A stretch of 64,000 bases of DNA from Patescibacteria group bacterium (lineage in GTDB: Bacteria; Patescibacteriota; JAHJAL01): positions 92,995 to 156,994 of the forward strand of contig JBMORM010000009.1 in the NCBI GenBank assembly GCA_049322675.1, written 5' to 3'. A model generated the notes under the pieces. That model had not been told where the DNA came from. It saw only the letters and a program-made list of their open reading frames with translations, and made no database searches. A program made the translations under genes and the position numbers. Each line of letters starts with the position of its first letter. Position 1 is the stretch's first letter. Below, in pieces: positions 11,101 through 19,765 of the stretch.

Positions 11101-14100
11101 ATTGAAACGAGAGAAATGCAATTGATAACCGTCGGCATTTGCATCTTCAAATTCCCACCATTGATCAGTATTTGCCGGATAATAGCTGGGATAATTGGGG
11201 GAATTGACAGTGGTGTTTTTTTCCTGCCAGACCATACCATTATCCGTGAAATCAATTTTTTCATAGCTGTCAATCAAGAATCCCGGGCCTGTATTGCTGT
11301 CATTGCTGACAAAATGAACTTTGATTTGGTTGGTATCATAAAAATCACTCCATTCATCAGTTGTATTCCCGTTGTATGTTCTTAATAAATTATCTTCTGC
11401 GTCATACAAATCGATATAGTCAACACCTTCTTCGATGTCTATCACGGAAAAGTGAACACGAATTCTGGCGGTATTGGAGCCGGGGTTGATTTCCTGCCAG
11501 GTGTCATCATTGTCATTGTAGTTTGCCGGATAGTTGGGAGAAGCCACATTCAGGCCATCTATATAGATTGGATCATTTACCTCATAATCATCAGGATAAT
11601 TGGGAGACGACAAACCTTGTTGACTATCATAACTTGAGATACGGAAACCGCGTGCAGTATTGGAACCGTCGGCGACAAAATGAATTTTGACTAGATCTCC
11701 TGGCACCCAATCACTGGTAAAAGACCCAAGGTCGCCGCTATATGTCGTAATCACATTGTCGTTTTTGTCAAGCAGCTCGACAAAATCTTGAGTTTCTTCG
11801 GTGGCGAAATCCGAAAAATTCAAACGTATTCTGGTGGCCCCCGGATGATTTATTTCCCACCACCTATCAGTACTATCCAAATAATCTTGAGGGTAATTAT
11901 CCGATCTGATCGAACGACCATATTCGTATTTGTCGATCAGGAAACCGGCAAAGTTGGCCGAACCGTCGCTGACAAAATGAACTTTGATCCGATCTCCACC
12001 TACCCATTCGCTATAAAAGGCACCGAGGTCGCCGCTATATGTTTCTTGAACGTTGTCATTGCCATCCAATATTTCCACAAAATCATATCCTTCTTCGGTC
12101 TCAAAGTCAGCAAAATGTACTCGCATTTCGGTAGCATTGGGCTCATATATTTCATACCATTGGTCTTGGTTTTCATTGTATTGTGATGGATAACGACTAG
12201 AAGAAGGCGCCTGGCTCGCTTGATAATAATCAATCAGCCAGCCTTTGTAATTGTTGTCACTATCGGTATAAAAAGAGTAGTTGAAGACATCGCCACTAAT
12301 GGCCGGACTAAAAGATGATCCGAGGTTTCCCGATAAACTATATCCGTCGGTAGCAAAACCCGCATAGTTAAATTGATCAACGCCTTCTTCGGTTACAAAA
12401 TCATCGAAGTGAACTCGAATCATTCTGGCGTCGGGATGCCAGATCTGATAATTTTCCAATGACAAATCACTGTCATAATCACTAGGGTAATTGGGAGAAC
12501 TTTCAAGGTAATTGGTTCCACCCGAATCGCTCAAAGAAAAAGTTTGCCATTCAAACACGACTTCTTGATTACTAAGATTGTTGGTTTGCAAACCAATGCT
12601 TTGTTCAGTATTGGTATTGGTTCCATAGGAATGAGTATTGGTTGTTGCCTCTTCACCGACAACCAAATAATCATCCACACCATCGGTCTGAACGGAACTT
12701 TTGTATATAGCGTCGGATGACCAGCCTTCAGACGAAGAGCCGTCCAAGCCGGTAGTGGAGGCCACGGTCATATTACGTAAAATCGCATTACAGTCTCCGC
12801 CACAACTGCCATCGTTATTGAAAGCGGTGGTTATGTTTGTGCCAGACAAAGCATCATTGAAATTCCACTGGGCCAATAAGCCGGTCGTATTGCTGATTTT
12901 TTCCGGAATAGTGGTACTGCCGGAAGTGGACCATTCGACTTGAGTTTGTTGAGTGGGACTGTTACTATTTTGTGTCCAGGAAATATTGACTGTGCCAGTG
13001 GAGCTATTACAACTGGGACAACCGCCGGAGACAGTCAGATTGACGGGGTTTTTGGGGCGACATTGGATATTGGCAATTTGATATTCACTTTCAATAATAT
13101 CGCCATTCAACAATTTGATTTGAACTTTATAACTATAGGAATTTCCGCTATCAATATTCATATCTAGTAATTCGTTGTCATCGACCGAAACAGGACTTAA
13201 TATTTGGCGACTAACGCTGCCAAAATCATCTTTGAAAATATATGTTGATTCAATATTTTGCAGTTGAGTCCAATTCAATTTGATGGATGGAGTGGCGGAT
13301 TCACAATCGATAACGTAGCTCAATTCGATCACTGGTTGATAAGCAAACAAATCGGAGTTGCAATAAAGTGGCACAGTCACTTTGTCCACGCTGGGAACAG
13401 AATAATGCGGGAATTGATAATGTTTTTGTAATGTTTCTCCAGATGGCCAGAATAATAAATCCAGATCATAGGTGGTAGTTTGGTCGGTCTCGCTAGCCAA
13501 ATTTAAATCATAGGTATAAACCGGCATGTGAGCATAAACCCGATAAGTAGCGGCACAATCGGCGATGCCGTCATTATTGTCGTCAGGGTCTATGTCGTCG
13601 GCCCAGCTATCATTGTCGCTATCCGTGTCATCGGTATTATTGATGCCATCGCCATCCAAATCCAAATCCCAAGAATTGCTTTCGCTATCATTGTCCAAGT
13701 CAAAATCATAATCAATCTCATCCGCATCGGCGATGCCGTCATTGTCATCATCGACATCCAAATAATCAGGAATGCCATCATTGTCGTCGTTCAGATCTTT
13801 ATTGTTGTTGAATGTATCAGCGTCAATATCGTAGTCCAGATAATTTTTTCGACCATTGTCATCCAAATCATCATCAGGATCACTGGCACCTCCGCCGCTA
13901 TCTTCGTCGTCAATATTTGGCGTTCCGTCATTGTCTTGATCAACATCTTGCCAATCAGCTATGCCATCATTGTCGTCGTCCTGGTCGATTTCCAAATTGT
14001 CAGGTGTGCCGTTGGCGTTGTTGTCGGCATCAAATGTATTGGGAATACCGTCATTATCAACGTCTTGTTCTTGGTAATTGGGAACACTATCGGAGTCAAG

Positions 14101-16626
14101 ATCACCGTTGGGATCGATGAATCCGGGAAAAACCGTCCAATTGATCCCGTCGTTGTCTTTGTCAAAATCATCGCCGTTGAGAATACCGTCATTATCCAAA
14201 TCGTTGTCCGCGTCAGGAGTTGTAGTCGCACCATATGCGGGATCCTCAATATCGACAATACTATTATTGTTTAAGTCTCGGGTGCGATAGTTGGCGCGAT
14301 CGATAAAACCATCCAAATCACTATCATTGCGACATTGATCATTGTCAACACAAGTAGCTTCACAGCTAGACAATTCAATGTCGGAATAGCCGGGCGAGGT
14401 GGGATAGCGGAAGAAATCAGTTGAGATTTCTTGCAGCCTTAGGTCCCAGTCGTAGGGTTTTGCCCAGTTGTCATATACATCATCGCCAGTCAAGTCATAC
14501 CAGACAGCAGTAATATTTTCCCAAATATTTTTGGTTGGCCCCAAAGGTAGTTCATCGCGAGTAAGGTAATAGCGCTGGGCATCGGTAACTTTGTCCCAAT
14601 TTAGTTTGACTATTGGTTTTTGTCCCTGACATTTGGTAGAGGCCTGGATAGAAAATTCGGGAGCGGAAAAATCAGGATTATTGATCACTACTTTTCTTTC
14701 ATTTGGCTGATTATTGTATTCATTCTCCTCTTCCAAATTGATTGATGACGGATCAGTAGTTAAACCGCCAGTTTTGATTCGAAATGGCAAATCAAAATTG
14801 CCGGTATAACTGTAATACGGACCAAAATTTAAGGGGGTGGCGCCAGCCGGTTGATACGACATCGAGAGAGTAACTTTGGTTTGAATACGATGAAAAGGGT
14901 GAGATAGATCATTTTCCGCAAACGAAGCAGTAAAGGTAGAATTGGAAAGGTAGTCATCGAGAGTAGTTTGATTGGGATTGATAACCGTATCGCCCAAAGA
15001 AATATTTTTCAGTTGGTTGTTGCTATCGGTATAGCCGTAATCCAAATCGGTGCGAAAGGCGTCATCCAACCAAGCTTGAATATCAGTTTGAGCGGAGTGG
15101 TTGACACAGTTGAGATCCTGGACAGCGATCGAGAGATTAATAGAATCATTTTGATCGTATATGCCTTGGTCGAGGTTGAAGTTGTAGGCAAAATCACCAA
15201 TCACTTCCCCGCCGTATGTAGTTTGAACATAATATGTTTTGGCTTCCGCTGCCTGTTGATAAAAAACAAACAAGCCACCAAACCCGATAATCGCCCAAAG
15301 AGTCAATTTACTTAGTTGCGAATATCGCTTTTTGACGATTAGCCAGCCGATTAAGCAAATGACAATCAAAACCAGAAAATAAATGATGTAATCCAAGATT
15401 TTAGCTTTAGCAAATTTGTCCGGTGATTTGGCTGGTTGTTTATATTGATATTCCAAGGTGGAAAGGATTTTATTGTTGTCCAGAGTTTGGTTGGCGACAA
15501 TCTCGGACTTAATAATTGGTTCAACGCACTTGGAAGATAAGGAAACAGGGAAACTAAATATTTTATTTAGATTGTTTTCGAGTTTCTTTTGATAGTTTTC
15601 GCTACAAGCATGACCATCTTTTTGATCGATAATAATTAATGATAGAGTTGCGTCGGACAATTGACTTGGGATACCTAGACGATTATTGATTACTCGATCG
15701 GCCGAGTCAGACCAAAAAACGCGAGCAACCGTCGTCTCGTCTGCTTCAAAAATCGCTTTGTCCAAACTAACATTTTGAATAGTAGCGGATGGACCAGCGA
15801 TGACAAAATGAATCGGAACTATTCCGCCGATTACCTCCGATTGATTGGTAGATACGATCAATTTTGCTTCATAGGCTTGTGGAGAAAGATCATTGATTGG
15901 GGGTAAATTCCAACTGACTTCTCGGCTTTCGCTGGGCTTAAGAGTGACCGGTTGATCAAGTGAAGATGCATTTACTTTTTCACCGGCCAAAGAGCGATAA
16001 TAAACGGAAAAATCGGGATCAATGTTTAAGTTTTGGTTAATCGGGTTTTTGAGTTGGCAGATAATTTGCAAAGATTCTTCTCTTTTAACAACCACACCCT
16101 CACTGACTGAATATTTTTGGGAAGAATTATTGTTTTCACCTTCAATTGCGAGATGACAGGATTTTTCGCTAATATTCAAGGTTAATTTTTTTTCGGGCAA
16201 ATCGATCGTCCCAGCTTTAATATTACCCAAAGGAAGAGAATTGCTGTTGACGGCTATCACCCAAACATCGATTTTTCCCTGTACATAAGTTGGCAATTTG
16301 TAGGTGATTTTTGTCGATTTGTATTCGTCGGGATTCAACGACAGTTTTTGGCCACTCATCCATTGATCGATTATCTTTTCACTTCCTTCTTGGTTTTTCA
16401 TAATCTTGATTCCGAGCCGTATGTCACCTTGCAATTGATTTCCGTTTTGCAACCCAAAATTTATTTCCAATTGTTGATTACGGTTATTTTGTACTGATGC
16501 ATCCACAATATCCATGTCGGCTACCAAGGTGGTCTGCCAGTCGGTATTATTGGCGGCAAAGACCGGTGCAGGGACAAGAAAGAAAAGACAAATAATGATT
16601 GGTTGTATTTTTTGGAATAGAGTCAT
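5173..16626 (-). CDS. Giant (3,817 aa) secreted/membrane-anchored multidomain protein with about 10 CUB-like domains, thrombospondin-type-3-like calcium-binding repeats, Fn3-like and LamG-like modules
   Basis: The ORF is uninterrupted. It begins with a signal peptide (MTLFQKIQPIIICLFFLVPAPVFA). It contains repeated ~110-aa units matching the CUB consensus but lacking the canonical cysteines: SPNYPxxY..W.I....I.L.F..F..E...D...I.DG....GS....IKVHFVSD.S..GF.I..Y. A tract of about 250 aa carries DNDGIPD/DxDxDGxxD repeats. A LamG/ConA-like segment is present (...YLGRTGWGTDQYAQGKYDYLRVYDRALSKDEI). The C-terminal region holds two tandem ~150-aa repeats (TDGSLKITFAPQF.. / TDGSLKVALDPEF..). Confidence 0.75.
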   Translation of the reverse strand: MTLFQKIQPIIICLFFLVPAPVFAANNTDWQTTLVADMDIVDASVQNNRNQQLEINFGLQNGNQLQGDIRLGIKIMKNQEGSEKIIDQWMSGQKLSLNPDEYKSTKITYKLPTYVQGKIDVWVIAVNSNSLPLGNIKAGTIDLPEKKLTLNISEKSCHLAIEGENNNSSQKYSVSEGVVVKREESLQIICQLKNPINQNLNIDPDFSVYYRSLAGEKVNASSLDQPVTLKPSESREVSWNLPPINDLSPQAYEAKLIVSTNQSEVIGGIVPIHFVIAGPSATIQNVSLDKAIFEADETTVARVFWSDSADRVINNRLGIPSQLSDATLSLIIIDQKDGHACSENYQKKLENNLNKIFSFPVSLSSKCVEPIIKSEIVANQTLDNNKILSTLEYQYKQPAKSPDKFAKAKILDYIIYFLVLIVICLIGWLIVKKRYSQLSKLTLWAIIGFGGLFVFYQQAAEAKTYYVQTTYGGEVIGDFAYNFNLDQGIYDQNDSINLSIAVQDLNCVNHSAQTDIQAWLDDAFRTDLDYGYTDSNNQLKNISLGDTVINPNQTTLDDYLSNSTFTASFAENDLSHPFHRIQTKVTLSMSYQPAGATPLNFGPYYSYTGNFDLPFRIKTGGLTTDPSSINLEEENEYNNQPNERKVVINNPDFSAPEFSIQASTKCQGQKPIVKLNWDKVTDAQRYYLTRDELPLGPTKNIWENITAVWYDLTGDDVYDNWAKPYDWDLRLQEISTDFFRYPTSPGYSDIELSSCEATCVDNDQCRNDSDLDGFIDRANYRTRDLNNNSIVDIEDPAYGATTTPDADNDLDNDGILNGDDFDKDNDGINWTVFPGFIDPNGDLDSDSVPNYQEQDVDNDGIPNTFDADNNANGTPDNLEIDQDDDNDGIADWQDVDQDNDGTPNIDDEDSGGGASDPDDDLDDNGRKNYLDYDIDADTFNNNKDLNDDNDGIPDYLDVDDDNDGIADADEIDYDFDLDNDSESNSWDLDLDGDGINNTDDTDSDNDSWADDIDPDDNNDGIADCAATYRVYAHMPVYTYDLNLASETDQTTTYDLDLLFWPSGETLQKHYQFPHYSVPSVDKVTVPLYCNSDLFAYQPVIELSYVIDCESATPSIKLNWTQLQNIESTYIFKDDFGSVSRQILSPVSVDDNELLDMNIDSGNSYSYKVQIKLLNGDIIESEYQIANIQCRPKNPVNLTVSGGCPSCNSSTGTVNISWTQNSNSPTQQTQVEWSTSGSTTIPEKISNTTGLLAQWNFNDALSGTNITTAFNNDGSCGGDCNAILRNMTVASTTGLDGSSSEGWSSDAIYKSSVQTDGVDDYLVVGEEATTNTHSYGTNTNTEQSIGLQTNNLSNQEVVFEWQTFSLSDSGGTNYLESSPNYPSDYDSDLSLENYQIWHPDARMIRVHFDDFVTEEGVDQFNYAGFATDGYSLSGNLGSSFSPAISGDVFNYSFYTDSDNNYKGWLIDYYQASQAPSSSRYPSQYNENQDQWYEIYEPNATEMRVHFADFETEEGYDFVEILDGNDNVQETYSGDLGAFYSEWVGGDRIKVHFVSDGSANFAGFLIDKYEYGRSIRSDNYPQDYLDSTDRWWEINHPGATRIRLNFSDFATEETQDFVELLDKNDNVITTYSGDLGSFTSDWVPGDLVKIHFVADGSNTARGFRISSYDSQQGLSSPNYPDDYEVNDPIYIDGLNVASPNYPANYNDNDDTWQEINPGSNTARIRVHFSVIDIEEGVDYIDLYDAEDNLLRTYNGNTTDEWSDFYDTNQIKVHFVSNDSNTGPGFLIDSYEKIDFTDNGMVWQEKNTTVNSPNYPSYYPANTDQWWEFEDANADGYQLHFSRFNLDGSDSLEIYDGDDNLLTSLNGELGSFWTDLYSGIPKLKIRLLTDGDTNQSGFKIDKYRYYAPKIWTINSVGADYLNLHFADFDVNDDPSCDYVQVLDTSNNVVGTYRGWNMPSFDVVVGGETAKIRMLRQCGGGRGWLLNSYNVLNQQGIYSSNYPYNYDSNTDQTQTITQPGANNISLHFSVFNTFDENDYLQILDNSDNLLAEYSGNLGSFDTPYFLTDTIKLKFITNDSDNDTGWQIDSYRYQTGGGAIMQDIENNDQVTIETMAKIDQMAGGYFPIFARDNFWQFGLDENQGLVFGSESDHTSCAYTPLLHNWQQYAVSYDRSNNQIDFYIDGQTVCSGPADIDLSNTGLMPIYLGRTGWGTDQYAQGKYDYLRVYDRALSKDEIRDIYENNNNTYNWNSEPIDISSPNYPYIWPNSDNTYDWTIQKAGASQIQIHFDEFKWDYDQCGYYEFSSGVGNYPQDRLQIMDASDNVLHTCNVDGCPNVYTVNGDTVKLRLTSVAYIKHEATSYPDNANTANCRLFDEALARRFKIDYYRWTQDSSGWQTINTTNSNSVTWTPPKATLGGQTIYFRAKTCDGQNCAPNYIYATQSFGPCGRPDGLEINPNPVSMMNLGSSAPVTTYVTCGDEYYLDNTGKKYNVPNYFFTGSGGLGNITFDSNLLSCRSNISVGNSNDIRSASSSIVLTDNSGYFFGTNSEEIDLSSPNYPDLVTGWNAGDSVSYTINKPGATRMRVYFDYYVLWPDNVKVNGVDQSTHDGFAPFYSNIVNGSTINITFNATVDREGYFGFHINRVEWDDANSAEGMPPCSGTMTATVNNFEGYGALSGTADVNVLNDNLTLSGNWDCSEYDALYNRQAGKVNLSWNAIEGASGYVVLIPQYDSSYESYYAFSYVDDQLSYSVDLLDSVNRKYIVWAVDDQWRPLATSNIVTVSGTCPTGDNTISYAFADCSDTSNPKVNIVVPGRDTGSSSPLWLEKFSGTTSTWEQDLTTTVMSPNYPAASPTNVTQTWIYTKPGAAEVRAHISASRLAYGASVEFYDKNDNLIGGAWDDICYSMTAPGDTIKVVYNFTTTFPYYSEYEGSWIYYSSPVYFAIDRFESRVDTGMGYYQRQANEYQTIIDENVIDGQTYTYAPKIGGYESTTSYFLENRRYKEIYSYNPATITVNCSTMPAAPTNLSVNDTCPACGIRVITPHLSWDTVTGASRYKAQYYYRYKHWVDYDLATPGFPAETTGDTQIDWEISHPGAYAIELDLTSVQNAHEVYDYQYYQGVIFVDKEGYVVDSLARDLEYVIGSEAYQSYYHKLTLPIEGDTVYIQGDLDMGAGPAIFKIDGYYYYDYNPVGGEPAWIDIGTTTDTNIDAEIDVYKANGHQINYRVFSIDADDNYGTPATLTQTFTCSIPQSITYNPASMTLNNNGDTLAYQSLARCSLGETITIDESLNNLQETLSSGLNTCSTGTTINNKRIVSGSNASNCSGSLSGVTTKPFTFSSYRWPYPLNGQAPVQILGSFSPTDTNTDSTLNDAIVSPQVSSPTRHILRYDIRQSQIITDGSLKITFAPQFNLVGLNSSDIGITGGDVIWSSAIVNTIENTIVIPFSGSLDSSDDAVEISLGETNFINNPADLGDYPVYLTSHTSTDGSGDNVDYASDTISIIDASLNDVLSDSIAEEYSKHTIHYNITGDTDITDGSLKVALDPEFDFSSVTSTDIIVNGGGVDWGTPTVDTDQNTVVLPFTGTLVGGSNGLITIVIGNDHLVQNPANIDSYLVLLFGYESTDGSGDPVMMHQTRVAITGGVMVTASIPSLLTFTVSGVEADQSVNGSLTTIPTTNTSINFGVLEPNSSKVAAHDLLVEQNAADGFVVTVQQSHTLSSNNDTINNYSGSNTNPIEWTEPTEGQKGYWGYTTNDSMLSNGVQNRFISNKWAGLAAAPAEVMYHHGPTSGTNDINGQARVGYQIEITDLQSAGFYQTEIIYICTATY

Positions 16627-16670
16627 AGTAGTTGTTGGATGGATATTAATTGAATAATTAAATCATACTT

Positions 16671-18458
16671 TTATTCGCTGGCCGGTCGGACGCAGATAGC
16701 TAATCTTTCTTCGGTTTTGTATACACTTTTTATTTTTATTTTATACACAATATTTAGAGTATCTTCTTGGTTTTGAGCAGTATTGCGTGGCCAGAAATAG
16801 TAAGCCGTGGCCCGTTCATCACTAAAATTATATATATTGTATTCGAGACAGGAACCTCCCGTACAAATTGGACAACCATAAGCATCCCAAACTGGATTAC
16901 ATGTGTACACTGGATATCCTTGGTTAGCTCCAATTGGACCATCTTCGTTGGAGGACCAAGCATACATTACGTCCCAATTTGAGCTTCCCGTTTCATAGTC
17001 ATAAGGAGGATTATCTGGAAAACCAAAACTTTTTTGGATGTAATTGGAAAGATGACGATCAGTTTCATTGCTATTCCATAGTTGCGCTAAAACTGCTCTA
17101 ATTTGACTCAATTGATAGAGGGAAGGTAAATACCAATCTATGTAATCATAATCGGTTTTATTCCAACAATACGAAGCTGCCGGATTGTTGGGGAGACCAT
17201 TTTCAACCAAAGTTTTGGTGTTGTCATAACCGTTGACCCAGTCTTGAGTTGTTAATTCATTGAAACCTTCGGTTGTGGACCATTTTTGATAAGGGTTATT
17301 TACGGAAACAATCAATGGGCCAATTTTTATTCCACCGCCGCACTTGGTACCATTGGGATAATCTTCTTTGCATGGTCGTTGATAATCGTTGTCTGATGGC
17401 GGATCGGGATTTTCGTAATCACAATTTGGGTTTTCGGCCGGGTCGCAAGGTCCGGGGTTGGTAATATTTTCCGGATCGGCCGGGTCGGGTTCGGGGTCAC
17501 CTCCACCGCCGCCGGGAGTTTTCGGATCCCCGCAATTGACATAAACGGTAACATCGTTGGAATACAAACAACGATAACTGAAACGATAATGATAGAGACG
17601 ATGATTGAGAACATCCAAATCTGTAGTCGACACTTTGCCGACAGAGCCATTGATAATCTTGTAATCGTTTGCAGTGATGCGATCGTCATACAATGGCGCA
17701 GCACAGATATAGTCATCGATCATCACCTGACAATATTGGCTGGTATATTTTTGACCGGCACCCTTGATAAAACCACCGGTAACATAAAGACTATTTCCAA
17801 GACCGATACGACCCGGGCAATATAATTCAGCCAATTCGCTATTGTTGGATGTATTAATGTCATTGGTATAGGCGGAAAATAAATGAACTTTGGCTCGACC
17901 ACTGGAACAATCGACAGTCGCTTCCAGAGGGGAATTGGAATAAAAGTTGGCTTCAAAATATTCTTCGCGACAAATTGTGCTGGTGTCGCCGCTGGAATTA
18001 ATGGATTCAACCAGGTTGGTCATCTCTTTCCCTGCTTGAGTATTGAGCAAACTACAACCCAGATAATAACTCGTATCGCTATCGGGCGGACAAATCGGGT
18101 TTTGACGAACATTGGTTTGAGGGGTGGAAAAACAAGCTTTGTAACGTAATTTGTCTCCGGGTTTCAAAGTGGGCAAAGCTGTGCCGGTATCAATATTGAA
18201 TAGTGTTTTCTTTTCCAAACTTTGGTCAGCATATTTGTAGTAGGTGTATTCAACTTTGGTATCGGTTTTGCTTTCGCATTGAGCGCCGACGAAATTCATG
18301 CTAATATTCCAAGATTCATCAGCGGTGCCTTTATTATCAATTTGCAGCCTGGGCCAAATATCACAGGCATAAGCTTGACTACTGATGCCACGGACGGCTA
18401 AAACAAAAAGGAAGAGATAAAAAAACGATTTGATAAAGTTAAAAAATTTTTTGTCCAT
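16671..18458 (-). CDS. Secreted Cys-rich protein with Pro/Asp-rich linker and C-terminal DUF1566 (Lcl C-terminal)-like domain
   Basis: 595 aa. It has a signal peptide (..FLFVLAVRGISSQAYA), a PGGGGGDPEPDPADPENITNPGP linker and a C-terminal DWYLPSLYQLSQI motif that resembles the DUF1566 W-LPT..EL core. Confidence 0.45.
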   Translation of the reverse strand: MDKKFFNFIKSFFYLFLFVLAVRGISSQAYACDIWPRLQIDNKGTADESWNISMNFVGAQCESKTDTKVEYTYYKYADQSLEKKTLFNIDTGTALPTLKPGDKLRYKACFSTPQTNVRQNPICPPDSDTSYYLGCSLLNTQAGKEMTNLVESINSSGDTSTICREEYFEANFYSNSPLEATVDCSSGRAKVHLFSAYTNDINTSNNSELAELYCPGRIGLGNSLYVTGGFIKGAGQKYTSQYCQVMIDDYICAAPLYDDRITANDYKIINGSVGKVSTTDLDVLNHRLYHYRFSYRCLYSNDVTVYVNCGDPKTPGGGGGDPEPDPADPENITNPGPCDPAENPNCDYENPDPPSDNDYQRPCKEDYPNGTKCGGGIKIGPLIVSVNNPYQKWSTTEGFNELTTQDWVNGYDNTKTLVENGLPNNPAASYCWNKTDYDYIDWYLPSLYQLSQIRAVLAQLWNSNETDRHLSNYIQKSFGFPDNPPYDYETGSSNWDVMYAWSSNEDGPIGANQGYPVYTCNPVWDAYGCPICTGGSCLEYNIYNFSDERATAYYFWPRNTAQNQEDTLNIVYKIKIKSVYKTEERLAICVRPASE

Positions 18459-18464
18459 TGTAAA

Positions 18465-19094
18465 TTATTGATTGATCATTATTTGTTTCAATAAAAGATT
18501 TTTATTGTTCCAATCCCAGGTCCACCATACAGTGGCGGGTTGATTTTGAATATTTGACCATTGATCAGTCGAGATAGAGTTCATATCCTGGTTGATAATC
18601 AACTGAGGATTGACTAGAGAGTATATATAGTTTTGACCCTGCCAATTTAACGAGATTTGATTGTTGGTAGGATCAATATTGTTAATAATTAATTCGATTC
18701 CGGAGTGAAGTTTAATTTTAATAAGAGTAATAGTCGGTTTATCAGTTATCATTTGGTAGGTAACTTCAATCTGGTGGGGATTGGATATCAAATTTTTAAA
18801 ACTTACCTGATCGGTCTGAATCAAAGTACCATCGCTTTCCAAAACGAAAATATCAGCTGCGGATAGACCGGCCAATTTATATCGCAAATCCTGATCTTGA
18901 ATGATCAAGTCATCATCAGGCATGGAAACGACATGTCCCACTACTGATTGATAACTGCTATTTGTCTGATTATTATTAACCGATGATTGTTGGGTAAAAT
19001 ATTTTTGACTCAGCCACCAACCGCCGATAGATAATAATAAGACAAAAATTAGATAATAATATTTTTTTAAAGGCCAACGAGTGGTCATAATCAA
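18465..19094 (-). CDS. N-terminally membrane-anchored hypothetical protein
   Basis: 209 aa with a single N-terminal TM (YYYLIFVLLLSIGGWWL). Its ATGA overlap with the upstream gene implies co-translation in an operon. Confidence 0.45.
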   Translation of the reverse strand: MIMTTRWPLKKYYYLIFVLLLSIGGWWLSQKYFTQQSSVNNNQTNSSYQSVVGHVVSMPDDDLIIQDQDLRYKLAGLSAADIFVLESDGTLIQTDQVSFKNLISNPHQIEVTYQMITDKPTITLIKIKLHSGIELIINNIDPTNNQISLNWQGQNYIYSLVNPQLIINQDMNSISTDQWSNIQNQPATVWWTWDWNNKNLLLKQIMINQ

Positions 19095-19765
19095 TTTTTG
19101 ATTTCCTGGGTGTTATTGGGAATAATTTCGATTTTGGTAGCGGTGATAGTTTGTTCAGATATTTTTTTGCCGGTGATAGCTAGTTGGTTACCAACTTTCA
19201 ATTGTGAAAACGGAAGTTTTTCCGCACGCAGGTTGTGTTCGTCTTGGCCAATAATGTTGGTAGTATCGTCTGTTTGTATTTTCCAGGTGACATTACCGGC
19301 AGCAAGGGTAAAATTTTTACCGTCAACTGCGGTTACGGTACCGACGGTGGAGAACTCCGGCATTAGAATCGCTGACAAAACTTTGGTCTGTTCGTTTTCT
19401 CGCCGATAAATCAGATTGAGTTTGGCACCAACGACAATTGATTTTAAATCTGTGTTTTCAAAATCTTGATTATAGCTGCTTAGTCGCGTGACAGGAATTT
19501 TATCATTGAAAACAAATTGATAAACTTGTCCATCTTGGTCATTTTTGAGGGTAAGTTGATTGTTTTGCCACTTAGTAATTTCTCCGGTCATAGCGGAAAT
19601 TGGTTGATCAATACTCGCCGGCGGCTGACTACTAGTGAGTTGATTTTGGGTTTGACGATACCACCAAATACCGATGACAAGCAGCAAAACAAAAAGAAAA
19701 ACCAACAAAATTTTGGTTTTCGGTTGACTAAAAATTTCTTTGATTGGAGAGCGATTTTCTTCCAT
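19091..19765 (-). CDS. N-terminally membrane-anchored hypothetical protein (first gene of giant-protein operon)
   Basis: 224 aa with a single N-terminal TM (ILLVFLFVLLLVIGIWWY) and an extracytoplasmic domain. An AT-rich putative promoter region lies at 19766-19958. Confidence 0.45.
   Translation of the reverse strand: MEENRSPIKEIFSQPKTKILLVFLFVLLLVIGIWWYRQTQNQLTSSQPPASIDQPISAMTGEITKWQNNQLTLKNDQDGQVYQFVFNDKIPVTRLSSYNQDFENTDLKSIVVGAKLNLIYRRENEQTKVLSAILMPEFSTVGTVTAVDGKNFTLAAGNVTWKIQTDDTTNIIGQDEHNLRAEKLPFSQLKVGNQLAITGKKISEQTITATKIEIIPNNTQEIKN

Noticed and set aside
13528-14274. 248-aa plus-strand ORF (I/V-rich) and other plus-strand ORFs listed between 5382 and 15315
   Set aside because: They are antisense to the continuous 3,817-aa minus-strand ORF and have low-complexity composition. 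These are artefacts of repeat-rich coding DNA.
13528-14300. Highly regular short repeats at DNA level (gatgccatcattgtcgtc-like units) that could be mistaken for a CRISPR array or tandem repeat locus
   Set aside because: They lie inside the giant ORF and encode the Asp-rich DNDGIPD calcium-binding repeats. The units are degenerate and unspaced, and no cas genes are nearby.
5173-16626. Possibility that the giant ORF is two genes, an N-terminal 440-aa protein plus the large protein
   Set aside because: There is no stop codon or frameshift. The internal hydrophobic hairpin is recorded as a finding instead.
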